Source: Anthoceros angustus (Eukaryota; Plantae; Anthocerotophyta). Taken from it: a stretch of DNA of 64,000 nucleotides. Below the pieces are notes generated by a model that was not told the origin of the DNA, did not search any database, and saw only the letters and a list, made by a program, of their open reading frames with translations. The translations under genes were made by a program, and so were the position numbers. Shown piece by piece: positions 37,981 through 50,654 of the stretch (position 1 is the first letter of the stretch; each line of letters opens with the position of its first letter). The stretch covers positions 1,922,001 through 1,986,000 of the forward strand of contig MU008162.1 in NCBI GenBank assembly GCA_010909165.1, given 5' to 3'.

Positions 37981-39369
37981 TAGGCGGTTTAGATAGATTA
38001 GGATTTTGGAATGATGAACCAAATCTAGGGTTGTGCAGCCTCGGTGGCGATCATCCAAAAGGCAAAGTGCGGTTTGGAACTTCCTCTTGAGGCGTCCTCA
38101 TTGTGGGGCGTAGGCGAGAAAGAGAAGAAAACCATTGCCGTCGTCATGCGACTTCGAAGGCGGCCAAAGAGAAACCCTAGGCGAAGGAGAAGAGGAGGCA
38201 GAGAGCGAACACCAAAGGTGTTTGGACCTGTGGCTGAAGGGCCGAGTGCTGGAATCATCAGGCGGGGAGCCCACGAGTTGAGGTGCCTAGCGCGGTGTGA
38301 GATTGAAGAGATTGAAGGCGCGAGGTGGAGCAAATTGTGAACGGAGAAAAGAGGAATCGCGCTCACACACCACGGCCTGCCACGAAGGAAAACTGAGGAA
38401 AAGTGGTGGCGGTGGCGTCGCCAAGCCTAACGTGGGAATTGTGTGGTTTTGTTTCCGCTCTCGAAGAGAAGGAGTGTTGGAAGCAAGACCTTGGGGCTTG
38501 GAAGAGTAACTTCCCTTGAAGCATTTGGAGAAAAAGCACCATGCCTCGAGCAGAAAAGGCACCATGCCTCGGCGAAAAGGCAAGGGAAGGAACCGCCAAG
38601 GGTTCCTCCTCGAGAGGAGGAAAGGAAAGAGCAGGCGCTGCCGCCCGAGGAGGAGCTATAATGCCCCAATTCACTTGTTTCAGGGCAAACCCCGCGATTT
38701 GGTTGATTTTCAAGAATGGGCGAGGAGGATAACATCCAATTGGGATGGGTGTATGGCCGCCAATGGGCCTACACCAATTTGGAATTGATTGAGGAGTGCT
38801 TCATCAATCTCCATCAATCGAGGCAGCCCTTGCCGTTCAGGAAAGGAATGCTCGAGCGGATCCTGTTGGACCGTAAGGAGCATTCGATGTGTATGGAGAC
38901 CGGAGGAGGAGAGCTCGAATTGCTCTCCTCGAGAGGACGAATGGAGGAAGAGGAGCCCTCCGAAATTCCGCAGAGATCCTCGACATGATGGACGGAGGAG
39001 TGAAGGCCCATGCCAAGAATGGCTGGAAAATGATAGCATCAAGGAGTCAAGTGGAGGCTCTTTGCAAAAGATTGTGTTGGGTTGGTGAATTACGGACTTC
39101 TTATTTCAAAGCACCAACTTCCTCAATTTTGTGGAAGATTTTCAATGGGAGCCAAGCCGATTGGGGCACCATCATGTATGAGGCCTACATCCACCACCGG
39201 GAGAAGCTCCTCAAGCCAAATTCGTGGATGAGGAAGGCCAAGGCTCTACCTTAGCACCTATTTGGTGCATTTGTGGGAAACGGAGGGACTTCTCACAAGC
39301 AAGGAGTTGGAAGATGCTTGGCATCCTTCGGAGATAATTCATCTCCAGCCAAGCTTGGAAAGGCCTTTG

Positions 39370-41720
39370 GCCTTTGCATTGAGGAAGACAGTGGGAGGTC
39401 AGACCTCCACAAGCATGCTAGGAGCAAGGGCGGAGGATGTAGAGGCAACAAGGTTGCCGGAGTGGGAAGCTTTTCCCCTACAAGAGCAAGGGGGAGGAGA
39501 GGAACAAGAACTGGCCGAGGAAGGCCGAATGGTAGTCTATGAGAGGAGGACTACCAGAGGGGAGGCACCACCCAAGGGTGGGGAGTCCCCACCATCTCGC
39601 TTTGTGCCTAGGAGAGGCACCCAGCTCCCCAGAGGGGAGGCACCACCCAAGGGTGGCACTACCGTAGGCACCCCACCACGGTAGGTAGGCATCACCGCTG
39701 GGGAGCAGCCACCGCTGGGTGCACCCCACGCAAGCAGCCACGCGTAGGGAAGGGAAGGAGAGACGAGAGGCCGCGGCGGCGCCTAGGCCGCCACCACCCG
39801 CTGAGGAAGGGGCGGATGGGCGATGGTGAGGGACTCACTGATGGCCGAGGGCAAGGGAGCTGGAAATTTCCAGCAAGAAGACAGTGGAATTAGGACCCTA
39901 GGAGAATTGCCGAGTGCTTGTGAAGCACTCAATGTGGATTTGAAGGGGCTAGGAGCTAGCAGCCTCCTTGTGGGCATGCAAGAGGAAGTCAAGGCCAAGA
40001 CAGAGGAGGACTAAATGGCAATTGGAGGCCATGGAGTCCGACGAGAAGGCAAGGAGAAGGTGGAGAAGCTCCAGATCTGTGGATCAAGGGAAGGAGAAGG
40101 TCCTAGAGGGAAGGTTGTCCGAGGAGAGAGCCATTCGCAACAACCCAACGGGATTCTGGAGGCGTATATGGAAGAGCATTTTGCCCCAATTAGAGCAAGA
40201 GGAAGGGCAAAGGAGGCTCTAGGAAGGAGAAGGTGGCGTCCAACAATGGACGCACAAGAGCAGTGTGATGGCTACCCAAGCCATCAAGATCCGGACATGG
40301 AAGAGGAATTGCGAAGGACCCGCTCAATTTGGAAGAGAAGCTGAGCTAAAGGCTCAAGATCGCAGGTGGAGCAGAGCGCGAGGGAAGTGAGTGGCAAGTG
40401 GAGAAGGAGAGACTTGCCAAGCAATGGCCGAGGAACAAAGGAGGTTCCAGAGGAGGAGCACCACAAGAAGGTGGTGCATGGATGCCGGTGGTGAGGAAGA
40501 GGAGATTTTGATATGCCCTTCGCAAAATGGCCAACCAAGGAAGCAAGGAGGAGAATGTGACCTCCATGTCAAGGTGGGAGGTCGACTCCACAAGCATGCT
40601 AGGAGCAAGGCGGAGGATGTAGAGGCAACAAGGTTGCCGGAGTGGGAAGCTTTTCCCCACAAGAGCAAGGAGGAGGAGGAAGAACCGCCGAGGAAGGCCG
40701 AATGGTAGTCTATGAGAGGAGGACTACCACGGGAGGTGCTGACCCCAAGGGTGGGGAGTCCCCACCATCTCATTTGTGCCTAGGAGAGGCACCCAGCCTC
40801 ACCCCAGGGGAGGCACCCTACCGGTGAGGCGGCCTACCCAAGGGTGGGGAGTCCCCACCATCTCATTTGTGCCTAGGAGAGGAGGACTACCAGAGGGGAG
40901 GCCTACCGCGGTGAGGCAACCCCTGTAGGCGACCTCTGGCGTAGGGAAGGGAAGGAGAAGAGGAGAGCTCGAATTGCTCTCCTCGAGAGGAGGAAGGGGC
41001 GGATGGGCGATGGTGAGGACCCCACCGCCCGCGTGATGGCGCGAGAGCTGGAAATTTCCAGCAAGAAGGCAGGGTGGAATTAGGACCCTAGGAGAATTCT
41101 TGAGTGCTTGTGAAGCACTCAATGTGGATTTGAAGGGGCTAGGAGCTAGCAGCCTCCTTGTGGGCATGTCGAGGAAGTCAAAGCCCAAGACATGGCGAGG
41201 CGGGGACTAAATGGCAATTGGAGGCCATGGAGTCCGACGAGAAGGCAAGGGAAGGAGAAGGTCAGTGGAGAAGCTCCAGGATCTGTGGATCAAGGGAGCG
41301 GAGAAGGTCCTAGAGGGAGGTTGTCACGAGGAGAGAGCCATTCGCAACAACCCAACGGGATTGGAGGCGTATATGGAAGAGCATTTTGCCCCAATTAGAG
41401 CAAGAGCAGAAGAGCAAAGCAGAGGCCCTAGGAAGGGAGAAGGTGGCGATCCAACAAGTGGACGCACAAGAGCAGGTGATGGCTACCCAAGCCATCAAGA
41501 TCCGGGACATGGAAGAGGAATTGCGAAGGACCCGGTTCAATTTGGAAGAGAAGCGCTGGAGCTAAAGGCTCAAGATCAGCAGGTGCAAGAGCTAGAGCGC
41601 GAGGGAAGTGAGTGGCAAGTGGAGAAGGAGAGACTTGCCAAGCAAGTGGCTGAGCTGGAACAAAGGAGGTTCCAAGAGGAAGAGCACCACAAGAAGGTGG
41701 TGCACAGGATGCTGGTGGTG
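39370..41720. repeat. Staggered duplication of accessory ORF segments (~39370-40500 and ~40590-41720)
   Basis: Repeated blocks, plus internal GGGGAGGCACC(A)CCCAAGGGTGG sub-repeats. Confidence 0.7.
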
Positions 41721-43564
41721 AGGAAGAGGAGATTTTGGGCAGATTATGCCCTTCAAGCAAAATTAGCCAACCAGCTGAGGGAAGCAAGGGAGGAGAATGT
41801 AACCCTCCATGTCAAGGTGGGAGAATTGACCACCGCAAGGGACGCCTACAAGGGTAGGTGTGAGGATGGAGAGTGGCCCACGGAGATTGATGATCTCCAA
41901 ATGCAGTATCATAGCTTAGGGGCTCACCTCCATAATAGGATTTTGAAGGCCAACAATGAGGTGTTACGGTTGGCCAAGAGGAGGACAATAGGTCCTCATG
42001 ATGATGACAGGAAGGAGTTGCAACAAGTGCAACCAGAGGCCTCCGACTTTGATGAGGCCATTGACATGGACTCCGAGGAAGTGAGTGGCAAGTGGAGAAG
42101 GAGAGGCCGCGACGCCAAGGAGGAAAGATGGCGCGGAGAGTAAGGAGGGGGACAGCTCCTGGGGGTCACCCTACCAGAGGGTGACACCACCACGTAGTCC
42201 GCTGACTACCGTGGTAGACAACACCACGCCGTAGTCCGACCACGGTAGGGCAAGCCGCGAGCGGGCTTGCTGGGAGTCGCCGGAGGCCCGGCCGAGAAGG
42301 AGCCGGGGTCCTAGTGACACACCCCCAGAATAGAAGAGGAGGTGGGGAAACAACCCCACCGAGGAGACAGGACGGATCCGACCCGTCAAGGAAGAAGGGG
42401 GGTGAGAAGTTCCCTCACCCCACGAACGAGGGAAGGGCCCGAGCCAGGAGAGGAGGCTGATGCAAAAAGGGCCCGAGGATTAGTGGAAATCGGCTGACAA
42501 TTGAGGGAGGAAGAATCTTTGAGAATGCTCCATGATAGGTATGGACAAATCAAACAGGAGGAAAGGAGCACGGAAGATTCCAACCCAAGAGGCAGCGCAG
42601 ATGGGGAGAAGAAGAAAAATGAAGATCAGACTACCATGGTAGTCACCACCCCCCGTAGTCCGCTGACTACCGCGTAGGGTGCCGATGAACGGGCCAGCGC
42701 GGAGGCTGGAGGGCGAGGCGCGCGGAGGGGCGATTGCGGAGGGTGACAGAATTGGGGCGCCGCCTGAGATGGAGGAAGGGGCAGATTGTACTTGCCCCAC
42801 ATCGGAAGACAAGATCCGGGAAGGGACAGGAGCAAAAGGAGGGCGAGGGAGCCAATCCACAAGGGACACGTCGCCACCCCAGCGAGATAAGGACTGAGAA
42901 TGGTCAATGACCATAAATGAGCTTTGGGGAATGGGAAGGATAAGTGGTGTAGACTGACATCCTTTAAGGATGATCTTAGGTGAAGTTACTAGAATAGAAT
43001 TTACCAAGGATCAGACAATGGACTTAGGTGCTGCATTAAATGTCAAGTGTAGGAAATAATAGAAAATTGGAAAAGGTGACCTGCAATAGGGTCACCTAAG
43101 GGAGGTTGTACGTGGGAGGCCTCCTATAAGAGGAGGAGGATTTCACAAAGTAAAGTATCACGTCTTGCGCTTCCATACTCGCGAGTCCTTTGCCCTTGTA
43201 AAGGAATTTCGTGCCGGCTGTGAGCCAACGCGGCGTCTGGTAGAGAGGAAGTCGCGGTGGTCGGAGTGCTTGGTGGAGGACTTTCTGATTTAGAGAATTT
43301 AAATAGAAGCAATTCCTTGCAAACACTCTCTATCGGCAACATCTTCCTCATCAGATATGAGGATAGAATCTTGTGCCTTGAGAGCCATGGATCTACATGA
43401 GCTCTGATACTAAGTTAGAATTGCATATTATATGGAAGCGATTGCATCTAAGATGCTTTCTTAGTAATTGATTAAGGTGGGTCAAAGGTTCCTCATCAGA
43501 TATGAGGATAGAATCTTCTGCCTTGAGAGCCATGGATCTACGTGAGCTCTGATACCAAGTTAGA

Positions 43565-43925
43565 ATTGCATATTATATGGAAGCGATTGCATCTAAGATG
43601 CTTTCTTAGTAATTGATTAAGGTGGGTCAAAGGTAAGCCTTGAATAATGGTTTATGAAGAGGTGTGTCGTTTCAACTACCCTGCTAGTTAATTAACTACA
43701 CTTCATAGCTAGGTCTAGTTAGACTATCCAACGATGCTACAGAACATTGCATATTATATGGAAGCGATTGCATCTAAGATGCTTTCTTAGTAATTGATTA
43801 AGGTGGGTCAAAGGTAAGCCTTGAATAATGGTTTATGAAGAGGTGTGTCGTTTCAACTACCCTGCTAGTTAATTAACTACACTTCATAGCTAGGTCTAGT
43901 TAGACTATCCAACGATGCTACAGAA
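43565..43925 (+). repeat. Exact ~180-bp tandem duplication inside the copia 5' LTR; partial LTR+PBS duplicate at 43330-43557
   Basis: ATTGCATATTATATGG...GATGCTACAGAAC is repeated back to back. Confidence 0.9.
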
Positions 43926-46099
43926 CCATGTGGTCTGCCTTATTTCTAACTCCTCTACACCATACAATATGAAAGGAGATCGATCGTGAGGTGTGTTGCC
44001 AATTGAAAAAGTATTGGATAGTGCCAAGTAATAACCTATAATTGATTTATTTCTAACTATGTTAATATATGAATTGTGTCTTCTTTTAATATGAAAATAT
44101 TGTAAGGAGCCAAATTTGATACGAATAGAGACCTTAACATAAGCTAGTGTTATTCCAAATTGTGCACAATGTTAAAGAACATAAGTCAAAGAGACTCGAG
44201 TTGAGTGGTTGGGCATTCTTGGGTTAACCACGGCGTTTCAATGAACATTGGAACTCTAGGCTTTCGTGTCACAGTTCAAGGGAGGACAGAAAGTAGCACG
44301 TAAATGAAAGTGAAATTGAAAGTCATCATAATAAATATTTAAAAACTATTATACAAAAATTAATAAAATAATAAAGGTGGTACAATGTATACATTTATAT
44401 CACCTTTATGATCTCTTCCAAGACATGATTTTGCTTTTGGATTATAGAGAATGGGCCTCTCATCAAAGAATTCAAGATGCATGAAGGTCAAAGAGATGCA
44501 GAAGTACGTTTTTTTCAGCTAGAGTGCATGAAATGAAGTCACTACTACGGTTTGTGTCCACATTGTTGATGCATCCTCGTTTCCCTCAATAGTATGTAGG
44601 CCCTTAATTCTTTCTGCATATGACATTGTCGTCACAATAGGTGTATTTAGGAATGGAGCTTAGTCCTCCTTTTTATCGCGGTCCTTGGGGGTCTCCCTTT
44701 GATCATTCAGTTGTTTGTAGTATTTTGCATCAGCTCATACATTTTCAATTCATTTTAATCTTGGTTAAAGGATTTATATACAATTTAGTCCATACAAACA
44801 AACCCCTTTTCTCTAATTTTTTTTCTTTTACCTCTAATCTTTTTTGTTTAGAATCTCTTTTAATTCATTATCATAAATACGATCAATGATCTTTATCTAT
44901 TCTTTTCTATTCATCATCATTCACTTATATCTATTGATAGAAGAAGAAGCAAATGAAAGAGGAACATTGACACTTATATTTATCTAAAGAAGAAGAATCA
45001 AATGAAAGAGGAACACGAAGACTTATGAAATATGCAGAGGTGGGAAGTCCCATATACACCGAGGCAGCTGAGAACAAGCCACAAAGAGGACTAGCCCCCA
45101 CGAATCTATGTCGTGAAGCAAATGAAAGTAAGACCTCTATTTATCTTTCTATCATCTTTATTATATAACTATATATTTTTTCTTTGTATCTCTATCTCTT
45201 TTAATTTTCTTTTATCTCTAAATTTCTTTTATACCTAGGCCCTCATTTCTTTTGTTTCATTCTTCTTTTTTAATCTTTGTTTATTTTTTCTATACCCTCT
45301 AGAGTTTTGTTCCCCATTGCCCGACATAAATGAGACTCCCCATCTCTGAATATCTACAAAATCTCCACCTTCTTTTTAAGCAGCATCGAAAATCCAAAAA
45401 AAATAAATGCACAGATAATAGGAACAAAAGAAGAAATTCACCGATTCAAGAAACCAAGAAACAATATATTTTTAATCAATTATTATAAAATTATTTGTAT
45501 AAAAAGGATTTTTAATAAGAAAAACGCTATTTCTGAACAACGGCCAGCCTCGGCGTCCTCTTTCCGGTGGTCGTCTTACATGAAAGTCTCTCCCATACGT
45601 AAGTACAGGCGTACGTACGTAGGAATGGTAACTCCGATTACCTCCACGATCCACCTTCCGAAACGTCCCAGAATCTGGTCTATTTAAGTTAGGAGACCTC
45701 TCAAATTCTTGGCGGCTAAAAGGGAGATTTGTACGGAAACGGCAAACGGGGAAGATGCCAAGCCGGGGACCGGGGGACCGGGGGAACGCGTCCGGTCTAC
45801 GTGGGCGGAGCATGTGCCGCCTTGACGATGCATGATGAGCGACCAATCAGGCATAATTGATCGTCCTTTCACAAGTGTAGCTCCTGTTACCGGCTGGCCG
45901 GGTCCCGCCACCGCGAGAGCAACCGTAATTCCTCCCACGAGGCAGCCAGCGGGCTGGGCCGGGACCTCGTCACCCAGTTGCGTGTACTACCTCTTGACTA
46001 TCACTTTCCGCATGCAGCTTGTGATCACATTCATGCAGGTTCTCTGTAGTCAGGAATCCACACATCTAATTGCATCCAGGACCACGGCAGCCTCATCAT

Positions 46100-47900
46100 C
46101 GACACATAAGTTTGTGCTTACTGTATTTGTTCCCCTAAGACGCCTTCCCAGATGAGACAGTCTTCAGGATAGTGCTCTCTGGAATCAGAAGAAGAGTACT
46201 TGAGCCTCTGAGAAACGTACACTTCGAAGCTTTGAAGCAGACAAGGAATGGAATTGACCCATCACACATTGTAGGACAAACCTGTGAGCAGAGGATGGAG
46301 CTAAGCTCCTGGAGACACATGAGTTATACATATGTGGGTTACAGGCAAGGCCCCTTCAACATCCTGCTGCTGACACAATAAAGCTCGCCGATCTCCACCT
46401 TGGGTACCAACAAGGTCAAGCCCCTTGAGTACCCTGATCTCTATTTTTCTTGCTTCGAGGTCTTCCTCCATTTTCTTTTTCACGAAATGGCTTGTCAGCA
46501 CTGGATTGATGCTGATGAAGACCACTTGTAGAGACCTTTTGCCCTGCCTTTAGGAAAGCTTCATCGGACCCAGAGATAGCAACATGAGCTGGAGTTTCAT
46601 CTTCTACTAACAAGTCTGCCTGAGATAATTTCGCATAATCCTGCGGCTGGATGTACAGTACAAAGCGATTTCCTTAGGTCGATGGCTCAGCAGACTCACT
46701 TGTGAGCAGAGTACCAACACCTGGAAGAAGTGGTTTCTAGCACATACTTAATTGTCTGGCAGTGTTGACGAAATACAAAAACTCTGGCCGAAGGCCTTGT
46801 CGAAGGGAGCTTTCGTACTTCCACCAAATTGTACAAGTCAATGTGCTCCTAGAAAATCCAAGGGCGGACTATTAGAAGCTGCGTGCAGAGCTAGAAACCC
46901 ATCGGATCCTCGGTATACCACCACAACAACGATCACTAATTTGGGAGCTTTGAATACCTATAATCCTTTACCTTATACTCAAGGGCATCACAGCTCTAGA
47001 AAATAATTTCAAAGACTTGTCTTCAACATCTCTGGGCTAGGAGCTGTGACAAAAACGTGCGAGTAGCTGTTCCAACGAAAAGATACAGTAGCTGGATATC
47101 TCATACGTGCAATTCCCCCCAGGTAACATGCTAGAATAGAGAGCAGCTGCCCCAGCCACGGAAACTCCTAGTGCAGCAGACTTTCCAACCGTTCTTCTGA
47201 AAGTCAGATCTCCGAGATTGCGTCAAGAAATGTTACAACTGCGGTTGCCTGTCACAAACAGTTGGGCACCTCGTGTCAGTCTCCTTACATAAAGCAGTCT
47301 TCGAGTTGACAGGTGCTTGCTTGTGAAGGGAGATTGACAGGGTTCATACTGAAATCAGACTCTAACCACACATAAGGAGCAAAACCCAAACAGTTTTACC
47401 TGATCTCTGTCAGGTACTTGCTGACCAGAGGTCCTTATGGATGCGTCTCTCACCGACTCCTTCTTTGCCTATGTACGACCCTGCTCTCCCTGCATGTTGC
47501 CGAGCCATCACATAATAGAGGGACAGAAAGCAGCACCCAACATCATTACAGTCCAGAATCGCCACCACATTCATAAATAAACATACCTCCAGAGTGGCAA
47601 GAGGTTCAATACAGCGGATGTGTGGAGGACATTGGGGAAATGTTGAGCTCGTCGTCCATAACTATGCAAGTCTGGCAAGATGTCAGTGAGAGAATAGATT
47701 GCTCATTGAACCGGCCAGTCGCATATGCATATACCTCCGTACGGAACCTAGCATGTGCACCGTAGACATGAATGCCACGGTGAGCAAGAGACATGCAGAG
47801 CCTTAAGCTCAGGCGTACTACTGATGACCATTAGCATCCTGTCCAAACTGCTCATTGAGCAGGCTCAAAATGATACCGCCACCTACCGCTTCAATTGTGC
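46100..47900 (-). pseudogene. Unidentified degenerate multi-exon gene remnant (left arm)
   Basis: Protein-like fragments (HFVKKKMEEDLEARKIEIRVLKGLTLLVPKVEIGELYCVSSRMLK; EHIDLYNLVEVRKLFDKAF) with splice-like sites and in-frame stops. Confidence 0.3.
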
Positions 47901-48514
47901 GAGCAAAGACGGTTCGGTGTCCATGCCTCGAAATCCCGTGCTGTCAAAACGACTTGCTGCTCAGTGGGTGCGGTTTCAGGAAAGCCAAAACTACCATTGG
48001 AAACGAAGAAATTAACAATATGGTATGATACTGCAATCTGGATAGTTTGTGCCAATTGAAGAAACCACAGCAACTCACCTGTCATCTTGGATGAAGAGCT
48101 CAACTTGATACCAGTGCCTTCAGGACCGAGTGAGCAACGAGCTACCACCTGTCATCTTGCGTGAAGAGCTCAACTTACTACCAGAGCCTTTACACACCGA
48201 GCGAGAAACGAGCTACCACCTGCAAGGAAGAAATATTCCATGTTCGGGAACGGCCTGTCGACCTGTGCCGGTCTTCTACGGACCTCTTTCTCTCATCGCG
48301 GTATTCCCTGCTGTGTTACTTACAAACATGCTAGTCCGCGAATGACGGTTCCAAAGAGAAGCAAACAAAGAGCACAGACAAAGACATACACAATGCTTCG
48401 CACGGGGCACCAAATACAATCGCTGTCAAAAAATTATTGCATCGCATAAGAACGTAGTGACAACACACCCTCAGCAGGTGCTGCAGCCGCAGAGCTACTT
48501 GTGTACTTCCTACC

Positions 48515-49101
48515 CTACTCTTGAATCTCAACCGTGCCATCGTCAATCTCGCTTTGTAGGTCTTTGGGGTCCTTTCCATCAACAGTGCATCCTACAGACA
48601 CACAGGTCCCCAATATCTCCTTCACCGTGCCCGCCAGCTGCTTGGCCATGGACCTACGGGCCATGATTTTGGCTATCTCAATCACGTCATCAAGGCTGAT
48701 GTTCCCGTTGTGCTTTATGTTCTTCACCTTCTTCCTGTCCCGTTCGGGCTCCTTGAGAGCCTTGATGACAAGAGCGGCTGCACTGGGGACCACGGATACC
48801 TTGGCTTGCCTGTTCTGCACCGTCAGCTTCACAGTCACCCGCAGACCCTTCCAATCCTTGGCCGTCTCCTTGGCGATGTCCTCTCCCACCTTCTTAGGGG
48901 ACAAACCTAGAGGCCCGATCTTCGGGGCCAACGACGAGGCCGCTCCCACCTGCACAGCAAATCCCTGTCAGCACACCCTCACGTTCTTCCACAACCAACA
49001 CACACAGGCACACAATGCGGACATGATCAAAACCCTACCTCGCCGCCAGTGACCCGCACGTGCACCTCCACCACCTGCGAGGGGTCTAGTTTGGGCGGCA
49101 T
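48515..49101 (-). CDS. RPL12: 60S ribosomal protein L12 (uL11), left copy; exons 49101-49039 and 48949-48515
   Basis: [21 protein letters not shown]|[29 protein letters not shown]...[23 protein letters not shown]; GT-AG intron. Confidence 0.97.
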
Positions 49102-49258
49102 GACTGTTGTTCAGAGGCTCCTCCAGGTTTCGGCAGTCCGACTGAAGGGCCATTTCAACTAACAGGAGGCCGTTTAAATTGAAACCCATAATTCGGGCTG
49201 GCTTGCGTCTGATATTCAATCGTGACGGCTTCGATCTTCGGACCGGGAACTGGATAGG

Positions 49259-50440
49259 ATGGGAGAGCGGGATTATTCTTCCGACAGATCGCGATGGTAG
49301 AGCGGGGAAGAATATCCGGCTCAGAGCGATCCCATGTGTCGTTTGTATTATGAGATGCGGAGATGGACCCCTTCGGAGGATCTGTGACAAAGGGTGCAGC
49401 TCTGGTGCTGGCAAGCCCTGAGCAACCAGTTGTTTCGATCCGGACCTGGTTCGGGATGCTGGTCCTCTCAGGCGCTGCTTCATCAAGGGTTGTCCCACGG
49501 GATGCTCACTTGCCGCCACATATGTAGTGACATGTTGAAGAGTTTGGAGTCAAGTGGATGGCGTAGTCTTATTATTGCTAACGTGCTATGCTAATATTTT
49601 GTAGGTCCAGTTTGAATATGGATGTGGAGAAGAAGCCCATGACCTCATGATGCATCTAGGCTGGGATGAGGCTTTTTTTTCTGTGTCACTTGGCTTGTCT
49701 TCACATCTACAATTGGGATCTTAGGTTTGACTTCTAGCTAACTGGAAGCTTAAAATTCTGACACAGGAACAATTGCTGACTTTATATTTTGTTGGATCGG
49801 AAACTGTGGAATTGCGAGGAAGTTTATTGCTGGATGGTGTAGGATCGAGCTTTCTTTCCTCAGTGCTACAAGGGGTTTCTGTATTTGCATGAAGGACATT
49901 GGGTGGTGAGGTCAGATCATCAATATGGAGCCCGATTTTCTTGCTTATCAGTCATCATCCTGACCTAGTTCACTCGCAGTACGTTTTATCTTTCGTGTCA
50001 GGTTACTCTTTAATTTTTTTTCAGCGTTTTATCATGGGTATGATTCTTCAAAAGTTTTTAGGCCTACTTTATTTGCAAATATGTTATCTCGCCAAGGTGA
50101 TCCTGCAGAGCGTTAATCACATGAGGCCATACCATGAACCACCTTTGTGGCGATGTCTCGGAGGTAAGCAATAGCAATGCTAGTATTCTTTTCGGAATGG
50201 GTGGCTTGCTATACTTTGGTGCGTGGTCTGACGTGAAGTGTGATTGTTGAGACTCTTTTGTTGCTTCACGCTGTCTCTAGGAGTACATCTTTCATAGGCC
50301 TGCAAGTTAAGGGTTTGGAAAGCTTAAAAGTGAAGCCAATAGAGGTATGGCGTGGCTGCCTAAATCACATCGCTCAGATTCATCCATGGAACGTAGTTAA
50401 AGGCTATTGCAAAATCATGTTTACCTATAGAAGAAAAATG
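49259..50440 (+). pseudogene. SEN2: SEN2 tRNA-splicing endonuclease pseudogene (inverted copy)
   Basis: Homologous to 50655-51857, but with TAG at codon 14 (49298-49300), further stops and frameshifts, and a damaged acceptor (GCAA instead of GCAG). Confidence 0.85.
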
Positions 50441-50654
50441 TAAACAAAATAGTAGTGTGCAGAATTGTAGGTAGTGATACCATCTTTGTTTATTGTCATG
50501 TACTGGTACTATACCATCTTCAGTTATGTTCCAAAATTAACTATCACTTTATTTATAGTCATATATAGATATAACACCATCTCCATTTATAGTCAATCTA
50601 TTATACACATACACACTACCTACCATCTTGCACACTACTATCTTGTCTACATTT

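Larger units (their letters stand above)
25800..43325. mobile_element. Nested GC-rich retroelement-derived sequence with accessory coiled-coil ORF remnants; possible LTR at 42948-43325
   Basis: Interrupts the copia RT. Fragmentary ORFs (e.g. NGSQADWGTIMYEAY..LVHLW; 310-aa coiled-coil ORF 41211-42143) and a purine tract followed by TG at 42948. Family not resolved. Confidence 0.5.
24065..43951 (-). mobile_element. Ty1/copia LTR retrotransposon with ~17 kb of nested insertions and duplicates
   Basis: LTRs at 24065-24261 and 43558-43951 (AGTTAG...CTAACT); TSD CCTCT at 24060-24064 and 43952-43956; PPT complement at 24262-24271; PBS complement GCTCTGATACCA at 43546-43557; RNaseH (NPVFHACMKHKEIQHH..VPTDNNTANVLTK) and RT at 24500-25800. 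Confidence 0.9.

Noticed and set aside
48534-49052. Antisense ORFs over RPL12 (also 52351-52845)
   Set aside because: Shadow ORFs of a codon-biased gene.
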